The notes beneath the pieces are model-generated. The model did not search any database. It saw only the letters and a program-made list of their open reading frames with translations, and had not been told where the DNA came from. Below, piece after piece: positions 1 through 12,660 of a stretch of 47,395 nt of DNA (position 1 is its first letter; each line of letters opens with the position of its first letter). The stretch is from Parasitella parasitica NRRL 2501 (Eukaryota; Fungi; Mucoromycota): the NCBI GenBank assembly GCA_025201805.1, contig MU619416.1:1-47395 (forward strand), written 5' to 3'. A program made the translations under genes and the position numbers.

Positions 1-1308
1 CATATTTGCTCATAACTTGTGCTAAAATGACCTTAGAACCGAGATCTAACTTGGAAAACTTAGCATTGACTTGGCGCTATCTAGCAGCAACATTGGCATC
101 CATGTTTTCATCGATATCTATAAAGTTATCACATGATATCACATATTTACATGTCAAAATTACGTATAATCAATGATAGGCTGCGGTAAAAAGCAAATCA
201 AAGCCTTTCTTATGCGCCATAAGTACTGGAATAATCATCGCTATTTGAGCATAACTTGATTTCCACTGGGCAATGTCTCTATCAAACGTTTTTTTGTTTT
301 CTGTATCGGAGTTTGAAATATAATCACGTGCTTTTGTTCTTCCTGTTGGAGGTATTATTGTGATTCTATGGAACGGTGCCTAATGTGTGATTGATCATTG
401 CTGATTATGAGCGATCGTTAAACCAGATCTCAAATCAATACAAACCTCTGATTTGTGTGCAATATAGAACAATTAAAGACTTATATTTTAGCAGGGATTG
501 TGGAAGGATATAAGATGTTCTATGATTCACTGGAAAAAACTAAGTAAAAAAAAAGCCAAATTGATAAAGGTATAGCTTTTATTATCAAATCGACAGGTGC
601 GTAAAGCTCCTATTCATATACTGGCCAGGTAGATGAAGCTTTATATACTTAAACTACGGGTAAATGTTAATATGATAAACTATGGTGTACTTCAAGAATT
701 CTGATTAATTAGCATCTTCGATATCGTGCTAAGCGACATCTCGGCAGACTAAAGATAACCTGGGTCTATCTAAGTGATTAGATAGACTTTTTCCGTGGTT
801 CTCTAATCTATCTTCTATACGAAGATTATTAATATTATTCCATAAGCGTGTGTCATTTCTTATATAGTCTTATTTAGCCTATATTATTAGAACATGTCTG
901 AGTGAAGATCACTTGGTATTCATAAACTAAGCATATATCTGTGTATGTAGCATATCTATAGCATGTCATGAACATATCTATAGCATTGCACATATAGTAC
1001 AAGTCTGTAGTACGTAATGTATCTGTAGCAAGTATCATGGATATAAGTATATGTCTTTTAGTGAGTATCTGGAAACTGGGAATACACACCTGAAGCATAA
1101 TAAATATCAATGGCTCGTGTGAGATATAAGTTTAAGTCTATAGCGTCATCCGTCTTAAAATGGTGCCATCTCTAGCCTATATCTTTTATAGTATATATTT
1201 GTATTGTACATGTTATTAACTGTGTACATGTGTAGTCTATATTAATTTAAGTTAACCGGATGAACCTAGAAGTATAATGCAGATCATTATATTGAATGCA
1301 TTTCACAA
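1..1308 (-). mobile_element. Dispersed repeat copy (probable degenerate transposable element) with decayed spliced coding sequence; inverted homolog at the right end of the window
   Basis: The reverse complement of ~205-1308 aligns by eye with ~45815-47395 (e.g. 209-280 vs 47322-47393; 1110-1290 vs 45835-46010). The minus strand gives peptide remnants APFHRITII...RDIAQWKSSYAQIAMIIPVLMAHK and DIDENMDANVAAR*RQVNAKF, with stops. Element class not identified. Confidence 0.7.
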
Positions 1309-1576
1309 TATGGGACGGATGTCTCATAAGCCCAAGTGAAATACGCTGGGAGTCGTGCCCTTGGCGCTCTGTTAGCTTGTTGCTCTTATATTAACAAATT
1401 TTGCATTCACCAGTTCCCCTTCGCTTTCATCATCATATGACTTTACTCTACTTTACTTCCTCTTGCCTGCCGACCTCAGATCTCTAGTCGCGCTATTTCC
1501 CTCAGAAACAGATTAATGATGTATCTTTTCTCTACTTGAAATACTGGATGCTATGTATGTAAATACAAATCATTAT

Positions 1577-2808
1577 TTATTTCTCGGCCTCAAAATCCTC
1601 CAAAAAAGAGGTCAGCGCATCAGGCAAAATGAATTCAAGCTTTTTGTCTTGAATCAAAGCATTTGCTTCATTGATGCTGTCAACAGCCTTTTGATAAATA
1701 GCTGATTGCTCTTCCTCATTCAAAACTAAATTAGCTTCATTCAAATAAGTCTCTGCTAGATCTGAAAGAATTTGAGGTGACACTTTATCGACTTTGGTAA
1801 GTTCTTCCTTGGCCTTTTCAAAGTATTTCTTGCCTTCAAGAATAGCATTGTAAGCCTTTTCTTCGTCTTCAGATAATTTGGTTTTTTCTTCATTCTCGTC
1901 TATTTCTTCAGCGTTATCCAGCAAGAAATTGGCAAAGGACAATTTACAATGGCCAAGTCCAGATAGCGCGCCAGCATTAGCAGGTTCGTCTATTCGTAAA
2001 TTGGTTGGAATTGTGCACGTAAATAATAAAGCCATCCTTTTAGTTTTACCCTTCAACACTTTTTCTAATGCATTTTCAGCCCAGGATATGAATTTGTTGC
2101 GAGATTCAAGACTCTCATATAAGTCGCCGTGGTTTTGAACAATATCGGCCAACTCAATGATAGTTTTAGAAGCAACTTGCGAAGATGCAAGCGCCTCGTC
2201 CAAGGTTGCCAGTGCCTTCAAAGATAATTCGGGAATGTTTTGATCTCCCTCAGAAACAGCACTGGCAGCCTTGGCAAGCCAAATCTTACCCAGTGCTATA
2301 TGAATCTTGCTGTGCAAATTGGCATCTTTGCGCTCCAAACTCTCGTTCAACCGTTCTTCAGCAGCGTCCAAGTATGGTTCGAATTCCTCGTCTTCAGTTA
2401 AACGGCCCAATTCGTAAAGAGCAGAGCCATAGGTGTAATAGAAAAGAGCAGGTAGTGGTTCTTTGTCTTTGTGATTGCGCAAAATGCGATCGGATTCATG
2501 AATTGTACCGCGAAGCAAAGGTAAAGCAGCGGCAGTGTCGGTTTCTATATGCTCATGCGTCAACAAACCCCTATAATCTGTACGTCTGAATATTGACACT
2601 TACCAAGTTTCTCAATAGCGCTTTCGAAAAGAGCAGCTGCTTCACCGACTTCATCACCTTCCTCGACAATTTTGTCAATAACGATTGTTTGTGCATTTTC
2701 AGGTAATTCGGTATTGCTGCCGGATTCCTCTTCTGTTTTGGTTTTCTTGTTAGCCTTGGCAGCGGCGCTGCCCTTTAAACCTCTAGGTCTCTTCTTTTCA
2801 ACTGGCAT
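1577..2808 (-). CDS. ETT1: Enhancer of translation termination 1 / Nro1-like TPR-type helical protein; 3 exons (2808-2604, 2544-2050, 1989-1577)
   Basis: Basic N-terminus KKRPRGLKG resembles the Ett1/Nro1 N-terminal KRPLGL. LLRGTIHESDRILR and the helical repeats fit the family. GT-AG introns 2603-2545 and 2049-1990 join the ORFs in frame. Confidence 0.75.
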
Positions 2809-3005
2809 TATCCGAAGTATTGCAAAAAGCAGGTAAAGAAAAAAAAAAGTGGAAGGCTTTTATGGTGCTGTCAACTTTATTAGTGTTTGATGGTGACTGG
2901 ATATCCTGCTTTCTTGCATGATTTGTAAAGGATATTTAAGCTACTGGCCAAGTTTATTAAATGAATTACAACTGTTGTACATGAATAATTTTCAAATGGT
3001 GAGAT

Positions 3006-4966
3006 CTACTTTCTAAAGCTATTGTGCAAACCGATACTCTCGTTATCTGTGCTGATACTCATTTCATCGTCATTACGTTCACCTTCAATATACTCAAAAT
3101 AAGATTCATCCACATCACCAGTAATGTAATTTCCATCAAAGACGGATGTGTCAAAGGTCTCAATAGAGGGGTTGAAACGACGAACAGATTCAGTGAGGTC
3201 ATGTAAGTCTTCGTAAATAACCATATCAGCACCAATTTCTTCAGCAATCTGCTCTTCGTTACGACCATAAGCAACGAGTTCACTGCGGGTAGGCATATCA
3301 ATGCCATAAACGTTAGGGTATCGGATAGGAGGAGCGCAGGATGCAAAGTACACCTTTTTAGCACCGGCCTCACGAGCCATGACTATGATTTCCTTGGAGG
3401 TAGTGCCTCTTACAATGGAATCTATACGAAAATGTTGGTATAAAAAAAAGAAAAAAAAAACACCCCACACACACAAAACTCATCTATTTGTGTTCTCATC
3501 AAGCTTACCATCAACCAACAAGACGTTCTTTCCATGAAATTCCAGAGCCATTGCATTTAATTTTCTTCTAACATTTTTGCGTCTCACTTGTTGACCTGGC
3601 ATGATAAATGTTCGGCCAACGTATCTGTTCTTGTTGAAGCCTTCGCGATAAACGATATTTAATTTACGAGAGCACTGAAGAGCAGCAGCACGACTTGTAT
3701 CGGGGACCTATTATTTGAAACACAACATATACACAAGGTGGATCAGACATACGAATAACGGCCCAAAAGTAAAATTACTTACAGGAATAACAACATCAAT
3801 ATCCATGTTATCGCCCAAAGCCTTGACTACTTGATCCGCCAGTGCCTCGCCCATTGCAAGACGAGCTTTATAAACGGAAATTCCATCAATGATGCTATCT
3901 TGGCGGGCAAAATAGACATATTCAAAGATACAAGGGGCAAGATTTTCCTCGACCACTAAGCGGCGGCGAGACACTTGCTCACGAGTAATAATCACTGCCT
4001 CACCAGCCTTGACGTCTTGGAACGAAGTGAAGCCCAAAGCTTCAAGAACAACACTCTCGGAAGCAAGCATATGATCAGTGCCGGCTTCGGTTTTACGGCT
4101 GCCCAAGATCAGGGGTCTAATGCCATGAGGATCACGGAAGCCAATAATACCGAATCCAGCAATCATTGCAACACAAGCATAGCCACCCTTACATTGACCA
4201 TACAGACTCTTGANNNNNNNNNNNNNNNNNNNNNNNNNNNNNNNNNNNNNNNNAAAAAAAAAAAAAAAATTAGATGAGATGTATGACCCATTTTGATTGT
4301 GTGACCCCCCTCTGACTGATTTCTGTTTACCTGAATTTTCCAGTCATCTGCAGATTGTCGGCCAAAATGTTCAACAGTAACTCGGAATCGGAATCGGTGT
4401 TGATGTGTCTGTGGGCAACTTTGTCGAGGAAAGTTCTCAATTCTCGAGCATTTGTCAAATTTCCGTTCTATATGAGGACTTTGGTACCCTGTGAAACAAA
4501 TGCCTTTTGTCTAATGTCACTTACATGAGCAAAAGTAATACCATATGGCGAATTAACGTAGAAAGGCTGGGCCTCGGACATGGACGACGAACCTGCTGTG
4601 GGGTAGCGAACTACGCCCAATAGAGAAGGTTTCAGCACACACACTAACTGCTCCAAGAGACCGTATTGCATCTTACCATGACCAACACCAAGACTGCCGA
4701 CCAAGTTGGACAGTTGCTTTTCGTTGAATACATCTCTTACCATGCCGTTGCCTTTGCACTGATAGAAGCGACCTTTCGCAGCACAAGTGACGATGCCAGC
4801 AGCATCCTGTAACATATTGATGATTGCAAATCAGTAACATGGCCATAAGGGTCTTTACATCTGATTTTACCTGGCCTCGGTGTTGAAGAAGCCCTAAGCT
4901 TTCAAATAAATCAGGACAGGCAGCGCCGTTTGCATCAGCTAAAATAAGGGCCGAGATTCCACACAT
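3006..4966 (-). CDS. ADE4: Amidophosphoribosyltransferase (glutamine PRPP amidotransferase), multi-exon; one exon boundary lies in the N gap
   Basis: N-terminal MCGI (Cys nucleophile), [60 protein letters not shown]-binding [20 protein letters not shown]. Confidence 0.97.
4214..4253. other. Assembly gap (40 N) next to a poly-A tract inside ADE4
   Basis: Run of N in the sequence. It hides an intron acceptor and the first codons of an ADE4 exon. Confidence 0.95.
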
Positions 4967-5294
4967 GTTGAGATGTAAGTATAAATGGAGGAAAAGAAAG
5001 AAAAAGGCTAGATTTTTTTTTTTTTTTGTTTTGTTTATAATAGCAGCAAATTGTCATTTTGGCAGCACCACTTGTCACATTTGGCATCCGAAAAAAAGGT
5101 TGACTGGTGAAGCAGAGCCCAACAATGTTTCCATGCACTATTGTCTACCGACAGCTTACCCACAGCAAGAAGTAAACAGCATTCTCTACTTGAACAGAGA
5201 GAATTCATGCTCCATGCATAATAGCATCTGATAGTAAGCCTATATTGCAATTTTCCTCTAATCATTGAAAATATTATTTTATTATTATGTAAGA

Positions 5295-8200
5295 TCAAAA
5301 TGTGGGTGTGTTGGTTCCACTACGGATACTACCGCTAGCGACGCTACGATTGTCCACAGCAATGGGTAACGAAGCATACAGAGATGGATTTGCTGCTGGC
5401 TGTATGAATCGCTGTTGTTGTTCCACAAAGAAGGTGGCTGTTTTCGATTTAGGCTTGACTAGGATTTGTTGTGCGCTATTGACGTAGACAGTTGAAGCAA
5501 AGATATCTGCACTGACAGCAGACACACGCACAGATGGCAGTAATAGATTTCCAGTCTTCAGAGGTACTAGACTGAAGGGAAACTCCATCGCCTCATCAGG
5601 ATTAGAGACAAATCGGAGGCGGCGTTTGCCAGACAGCAGCCAATTGTCGTAATCAACATCAACATCGTAATAGAAATCCCTTTTCGACTTGTCAGGGTTC
5701 CAGTACGTCAGTTGTTTGATACGAAGTGTACAGGGGCAGGCTTCAGACACTATTAAATCCTTTTCTACAGACAAGACTAATTCAGCAGTATGTGTGATCT
5801 ATGAGGATCGTTCAGAACACATCCCATGTTTGTGTGCATTTCTAAACATTTTACCTTTGTAGTAGGGACTTCAAGAGGAAAAGCGATTGAATGAAGCTCA
5901 GGATTTGGCCATATTTGTTGAATTTGATGTACAGTAATTGCTTCATTTTTCTATGCGAAAAAAACGTCAGAGCTAGCAGCGCATTATTGCACATGAGTTA
6001 CCTCAAAAAACTCTTCAATTGCATCTAGTAATTGAACCTTTGTTTTCAAATCTCTGTGGAGCAAGAAAGATTCACAGAGCTCTACGTCAAAATCATCAAG
6101 ATGGACCACATCTGTCAAGCCATAGCTGGAATAATCAACAGAGCCTAAAAATGCTTCCTTTACCTTTTGGAATACATATGGTAAATGTTGCTGCAGATTG
6201 AGTTCTTGCAGCTTGTTCTTCAGCATGATTTGAAGGCTGTTCTCCACCTCTGTTTTTGAAGACATTAGCCAAGAGTAACTCACGCTGTATACATAAGTAA
6301 TGCATTACCATCTTTGAGCGATCTATATTTCACATTAAAGTGTATTTTTGAATTGACATTGTCGCCATCCGTAGCCAGCTTGTCTTTTCTTTTGACTAAT
6401 TTATATATAAAGGACACTGTTTGTCGAGGGAACAATGTCAAAGCGCACTGCTTCATCTCTGAATTGCTTTCGACTAGGTAGTACGTTGATGGTTTTGCAA
6501 AAGAGCCTAAAATGCGAACAGGTAAATCACCATTGCAAGAAAGCTCTACTTTCAGGAACACACTATCGTATAATGTCAGTTTCCTATAGCATCCCTGGAA
6601 AAAAAAAAAACTTACCAAGTCTCCCTAAAGATAGTAGACTCTGTAACAAGCAAGGGCACTGTCACTTTGACATAATCCGAAGATACAAATTTGTGGCTCT
6701 TGTCGTTCATTTTGTAAGTGATTGTGGTTTTGATCTGATAAATGCAGGAGTGAGTAGTGCAATCAAAAACATGCGTAAACGCTAAGCTCTTACTCTATAG
6801 TCATACTCTGTAAAAGAGCCTTCATAAACAACGAATAACTCGATGGATTCATTAGGCTTTAGATCAGGCAGCACGATTTCTCCTGTTTCAAGCATATCCA
6901 ATTCAATACCTCGCTCTGCATCAATAATGGCAGATACTTTAGACACACGAACAATTTCCATCCCTTCTGTCTGCGACTCTAACAACAAGACTCCCAAAGT
7001 AGTGGAACATGATCTACTGTCGATTTTTACAGATAACCTCTGTTTTTCACCCAGACATATTTCATGCGGCTGCGATAATGTAGCGTGCAATTGATTCATG
7101 TCATGATTCAGACGCACGACTCGTTTCTTTTGTCCAGGGCGAAGGAAGTTATGACTGAAAACAAGCTTCCCAATCCTCATTTCACACGTTTCCACCACGT
7201 AATTACCGGAAGTGGATGTCTCGCTGGTCAGAAGGAATGTGTTTTTACCAGGTTCCAGGTCTTGATCTTGAATTGTAAACGAAATTTGTTCAGGATCACT
7301 GCCCACGAGCCTCAGGGAAATGGAGTCGTAGTGGATTTTTTTTGGCAAGTGGTTGTCCAGGCAGATTTCTACACTGGTGCCCTCCACAGAAGATGCATCA
7401 TCAATGATTGCAATGACAGAAATGGAGAAAATAGGCTGGAATGGTCTTTTGATCTCTTTGTCCAGCTTTGCAACGTTGGCAATCATCTCGTCGGTATAGT
7501 CGCTGGCTTCCTGCTCTTCAAGGCATTTGGAGTTCTTGAGCAGTGCCAGCAGCGATTCAACATACTGATCTGCCTTTCCTAGTCGTCTCTGTGAATCGGC
7601 ACATTTGATCAGTAAACTGTTTTCAATGGCACTCCATTCATGCTCGCCGTATCTCCAAATCATTGATTCATAGATTCTGACGGCTTCCTCGTATTTTTCT
7701 CGAATGCTGGAGTCCAGGGAAGCGGGTTAATGCAGCTAGACCAATACAACGCAAGGTAGGGTACTTACTATTTCAAAGCGGCAATGTCGCCATGAACGTT
7801 CAAAGCAGCTCTTGACCTGAAGCTGGCATCATAACTCTTGATTGCTCTGGTACTGAGTCCCATGTATGTTTTGTCAAATGCGTCTACCGATTCGATTGCT
7901 TCTAATAGTTTTCCATTGGTGATTAATTTTTTGGGCTCATCCGAGTCAAGAGGTTTATAAGGGTCGGTGCGGCTGATGTAGATTGAAAATGGATCTGTCA
8001 TTGGCAAATGTCCACATTTCACGCCAATCTTGTCCAGTTGGCGTCTGGCAGTCAGGAGCAGATCTGCCTTGACTGCATTGTAAGGCACCACCAAATCTGT
8101 ATTGTGCATAATCAACTGAGAAGACAGTGGCTCACACTCGTTCACCACATTCATACACGCTGAAAACACCCAAGACTCTACGAAATTCTCGGGCAAATGC

Positions 8201-9538
8201 TCCTCGTTTTCTCGGATGGAGGGAATAAAATTTGTGATAAAAAGCTGAGCGCGAGCAGTTACTTCAATAACTCGCTGCAGCTTGAGAAGCATACGGCATT
8301 GTCTGGCAAATAGGTAGCTCCTAAAGTCAAACACAGAGATGATGTTCTTGTTGATCAAATCGCGATAGTTTTTGCGCTTGAAATCCAAGATGTTTCCACT
8401 ATCGTCCCCTGGATCAGTACCTCCGAAATGACCAAACCAGGCCAGTGCTTTGTCTAGCAGCGACTTTTTTTTTTAGTTTTTATTTTGGATCCGTAGCTAC
8501 TTGTATATAGAAATTACCTCTTAGCACTTGGAAAAAGGACGCCTCTAGCTCGTCATACTGAATCAATGCATCCTCGTGCAGCGTCATAATTTCAAACGCC
8601 TGTGCCAGACCCTCTTTCAAGATGAAAAAAGTGCAGTAATTCCATCCCGGCATGTGTCGTTGCATATCTAATCGTCTGGTGTCCTCTTGAATTTGAAGCA
8701 CTTGCAAATCGAAGCTTGACAAGATGCATTCCTTCATCTTTTCCATGAATGCTGTCCACAATTCAGATTGGGGCCCCTCTGGGTCCTTTTTACGGATATA
8801 AGCACATCTAGTAACCAACGTGTGAGTGTTTCTTGTGAAAGATCTCACACTAACTCTATGACTATACCGATCCTGCTTTGGCGGGTTGAAATCCGTGCGG
8901 ATTTTGTCGTATACAGATGCCTTTAAGCCTAGATAATTGTTGGCTCTTTTCGCCTCTGTATCAGCCACATAGACAATGAGCCATTCTTGGTTCTTTTTCG
9001 CTTGAATCATCTCTACCCAGTGGCGAATATTTCTCTTTACATTAGTTTTATAAAGTTCACTGTCCTAGTGTATTGCATCAACATAAAGGTATATATACGG
9101 CCTCATCATACATGCACCGTGAGTTACCTCGCACGAGACAAAATACAAGTTCAAATAAGTAGTCTGCGTCGTTGACAGTGGCTGGGGTGTATAGTCTACA
9201 GTGAAGCGCTTTAAATCCACTTCGAGAATGGGAATAAGACACTCTGCGCGTTGACTAGATGGTTGCCACTTTAGATTTCGAAGTGGAAGCCTAGCAGATA
9301 GATCATCTGCAATAAGTGGCCAAACATCATATTCATCACAATCTACGCAAATGCATTAATATACACAGTCAAGAACACTAGGCAAATATTGGGCTTCTTT
9401 TTTATTTTATTTTTTACATGTAACTGTTAATTTTTGTCCATTCATCTGTGTAAAATACTAGTGAGAAAGGGAGCTCTTGCTGTCCTGAATTATTGCGTGC
9501 ATATTTACATGAATTGTATCTCCATCAATGGGCAGCAT
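5295..9538 (-). CDS. TRS130: TRAPP II complex subunit Trs130 / TRAPPC10, multi-exon; start uncertain (9682, 9538 or 9445)
   Basis: Spliced N-terminus VTYCDEYDVWPLIADDLSARLPLRNLKWQ, RHMPGWNYCTFFILKEGLAQAFE, DALIQYDELEASF, ISVFDFRSYLFARQ, and C-terminal NWLLSGK...LVPLKTGNLLLPSV are TRAPPC10-family motifs. Confidence 0.92.
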
Positions 9539-9799
9539 CTTTGTGACGGTGGGCCACTGACTGATGGGCTGCTCTGTATCGAATACATGAAGCGATAGAC
9601 AAATGCAAGATACATGATATATATTCTGCAAGAACAGAGGTAAAGCATAAGCCTTGATGTCCCTGCTTTGTTCTGCTTTCATACAAAAAAGAAAACTGTT
9701 TTTTTTTTTTTTTTCCCTTGAATTCTGCAGAAACTGCCCAATGCATTCCACATGACACACAACCGAGGGCACTCGCGTTTTATTACGATGTAGTGTTCC

Positions 9800-12660
9800 T
9801 TAAGCTTGATAAACGTATGAAGAGTGATCCTGTGGATCACGAATGATATAATCTCGATCAATCAAAATCTCGATTCGTTTTTTGATATCCTCGGCCTAAC
9901 AAAAATAGCATTAAAATGGCTAGCGCTTCAAGTTTTACATCCACATTTTCTCTTACTTGGACAGGGCATTTCAGCTCATTGAAAAGATCCTCTACCAGTG
10001 CAGTGTGGGTAGATGTCTTTCTCGCCTTCATAATACGAACAATAGCAGCCTCCAATTGATGCTGTCTGCTGATATGCACCTTCTTTTCGACATCCTTTTC
10101 TTCGTCTTTGGCAGGCTCAATCGAAGCTGCAGCAGGAATCCTCACTTTCTGGTTCGCAGACTCAAAGTCGTGATTGTATGTGAATGAGTCGCTCTGATTA
10201 ACTTTGTCAGAACCTGATGTGTTTAACAACAGCTTGTAGGGTCCGGTTGAAAGCGACACCAACAAGCCGACCAAATCACTATCTGAAAGCGCAGTGAGTG
10301 TTTGCAGCTTGGTGAATGTCATAGATTTCTTGGTGGAATCGTTAAAAATGAACAAGAGAACCGCTTGCGCCAAACTGGCAATGACCTCCTTACGACCTTT
10401 GGGGAAGTTGGCAATGATAGAGCAGGACGATAGTCTGTTTTGCCACAGGAGCTTCCTTCCATTGAACTTTTTGGCATAAAAGTCTTCAAACAGCTTTTGG
10501 CTTGCTATCATCTGCAAAAATATGTGTGTTAGTAGTATGCGTACAATAGACTTGTGCGATGCATTACATTTGACGGTAACTTGATGTTCAAAGGGTTGTA
10601 AGTGGGCCATATTGCTTGTGCAATCACTTTGATAGACATTGGCAAGCGAGGCTTTTCCTTTTTATATTCTTTGAATTCGTTGGTCAGATCAGTCGATATC
10701 TGGATGTCTGTAAACATGTTTTCTAAATCTTTAGTAAATTCTGCACCACATTCAGACTTCAAGTTTACGAGGACATGGTTCTCTAGCTCGCCCGAGGTGC
10801 TACGGTCCATGAGAAGTCTTTTGGCTAGAAACCGCTTGAAATACGCCTCAAAGGCATCCTTGGACCGAATAAAACGGAAGAGTACAAGAATGGAATCCAA
10901 GCTGATGGTATCGACGATTTCTTGAAGGCGTTGTTTCTAGATAGACACAATCCTAACCGTTAGACATTGTGTTGCAGGTATACACACGCACGCAGACTAT
11001 ACCTTGACAGGAATTTTAAGCTTAGAGTCAAGGTGCTTGGCTAGTAGTTCTGCTGGTTTGTTGCCTCTTGTGTTTATAAACTGTTCAAAGCTTTCTTTCA
11101 GGGCGTTCAAGAATACAACATTGTCGTTAAAGCAATGTTTGAGGATCCCGTCAATCTTTCGCTTGAATAGCACCAATGAAGTAATCATAGTAGGGTCATT
11201 CTTCGGATCCTTGACAATCTTGGTACCTTCCTCCTGTATTCTATGTTAACGCCTTCAAGAGAATCACACACATGCACACGCGCAACACCTCCTATGGATA
11301 GACATACCTTTAAATATTCACCAAATGCAGATCGCAATATATTTATTTTGGGGCTTTGATAGAGCAATTCGTAGAAAACCTTTAGCGGCTCATACATATC
11401 TCTGTCCATCATTTCATGGAATCCCTTTTCGATGATCACCTCTGTCTTTGCATATACCAGTTTATCAACAACTGCAGAAATTAGAGCCTGCTTTGTGTCT
11501 GCATTCAAATAGTTTTTGATTCGCTCCTCAGCCTCCTGCGTACGGCGACCAGCAGCGTGATGAATGTAGTCTGGTATAGTGCCATAGCCAATACGACGAT
11601 TTGCCTCTTCTCTGTAGTACAGGTTGGTGCTCTCCAGAAACCTTGGCTCAAACTCGGACTTGTAGTACGATTGCTCTGTTAACATGCGCAGGATGTCCTG
11701 AAGCAGTTTAGTGTTGATGCTTTTGATTCTGTCTCTGTCGATTTTGATTTGATGTAATACTTCGGCTATCACCACATGTAGGAAATTGTCTGTCTCCATG
11801 ATAACTTCGCTGAACAGATCCTTTCCGAGCTGCATGATGGATTTGTGCTTGGTGTTGGGCAAAATGTAGTGTCTGTCTAGCTCCATAAACACAGTTCGAA
11901 TGATGCCTAACTGTAGGCAGAACGTATCCCAGTGGGCATTTAATCTGCCCAAAATATCCTGATTCAACGGCTTGGAGTGCAGCGATTTCTTAATTTCCTG
12001 CACATGCTTTTCAATCTCTTCCTTGAGGCAGTTGTAGACTTTTTCTGACTTGCCGAATCGACACAGGCCTATTGATATCTGCATACAGGCTAATTAGCGC
12101 CACACGCACACATACACACAACGAGAGCACACAAAGATAGCAACTTGCCTGCGATGCTGTGATAAAGTTAATCCTGTTGAAATTGTCTGTAGAGAATATG
12201 CTCAATATCAGTTTCTTCGGCATAGCCCAGTAATTTTCAAAGTTTGAGTCTGTCAATTCAACCTGTCGTGTGGCTAAATAGTGAGAAATTGCATTAGTAC
12301 TTTTTTTTTTTTTTTTTTTTTTTTTTTAGTCTACAGGGATACTGTACGATCAACATCGGCAATGGTGATTTTTGGAAGGATTATTTGCTGTCGATAGGTG
12401 CCAAGCATGTGCTTCTTTGCTTTCCTGGGCGCAGCTGAATCAATTTGCATAGGTTCGTTCGGCATCAGGCTTGAGGGTCCTGGCGATGATGAAGGCGAGG
12501 GAGAAGCTGCTGACAGAAAACGATCGAGTCTTTTCTGAGTAGGGTCGACTGGCGAGCCCATCTTACGCTTCTTTAAGCCTGTAAAAAAAAGAAGCGTCAG
12601 TGGCTCTAATGGGATAGCTGTCTGCGCATATATACTACCTTTTGATGCTGGTTTGGACAT
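9800..12660 (-). CDS. Cullin, divergent CUL4-like, multi-exon
   Basis: NKPAELLAKHLDSKLK, LFRFIRSKDAFEAYFKRFLAKRLL, SECGAEFTKDLENMFTDI, GRKLLWQ, neddylation motif AAIVRIMKARK, and last exon DIKKRIEILIDRDYIIRDPQDHSSYVYQA* (stop 9800-9802). These segments best resemble CUL4, from memory. Confidence 0.88.

Noticed and set aside
874-1110. 78-aa ORF in the left repeat
   Set aside because: The same frame is interrupted by stops in the right-hand copy and has no recognisable motif.
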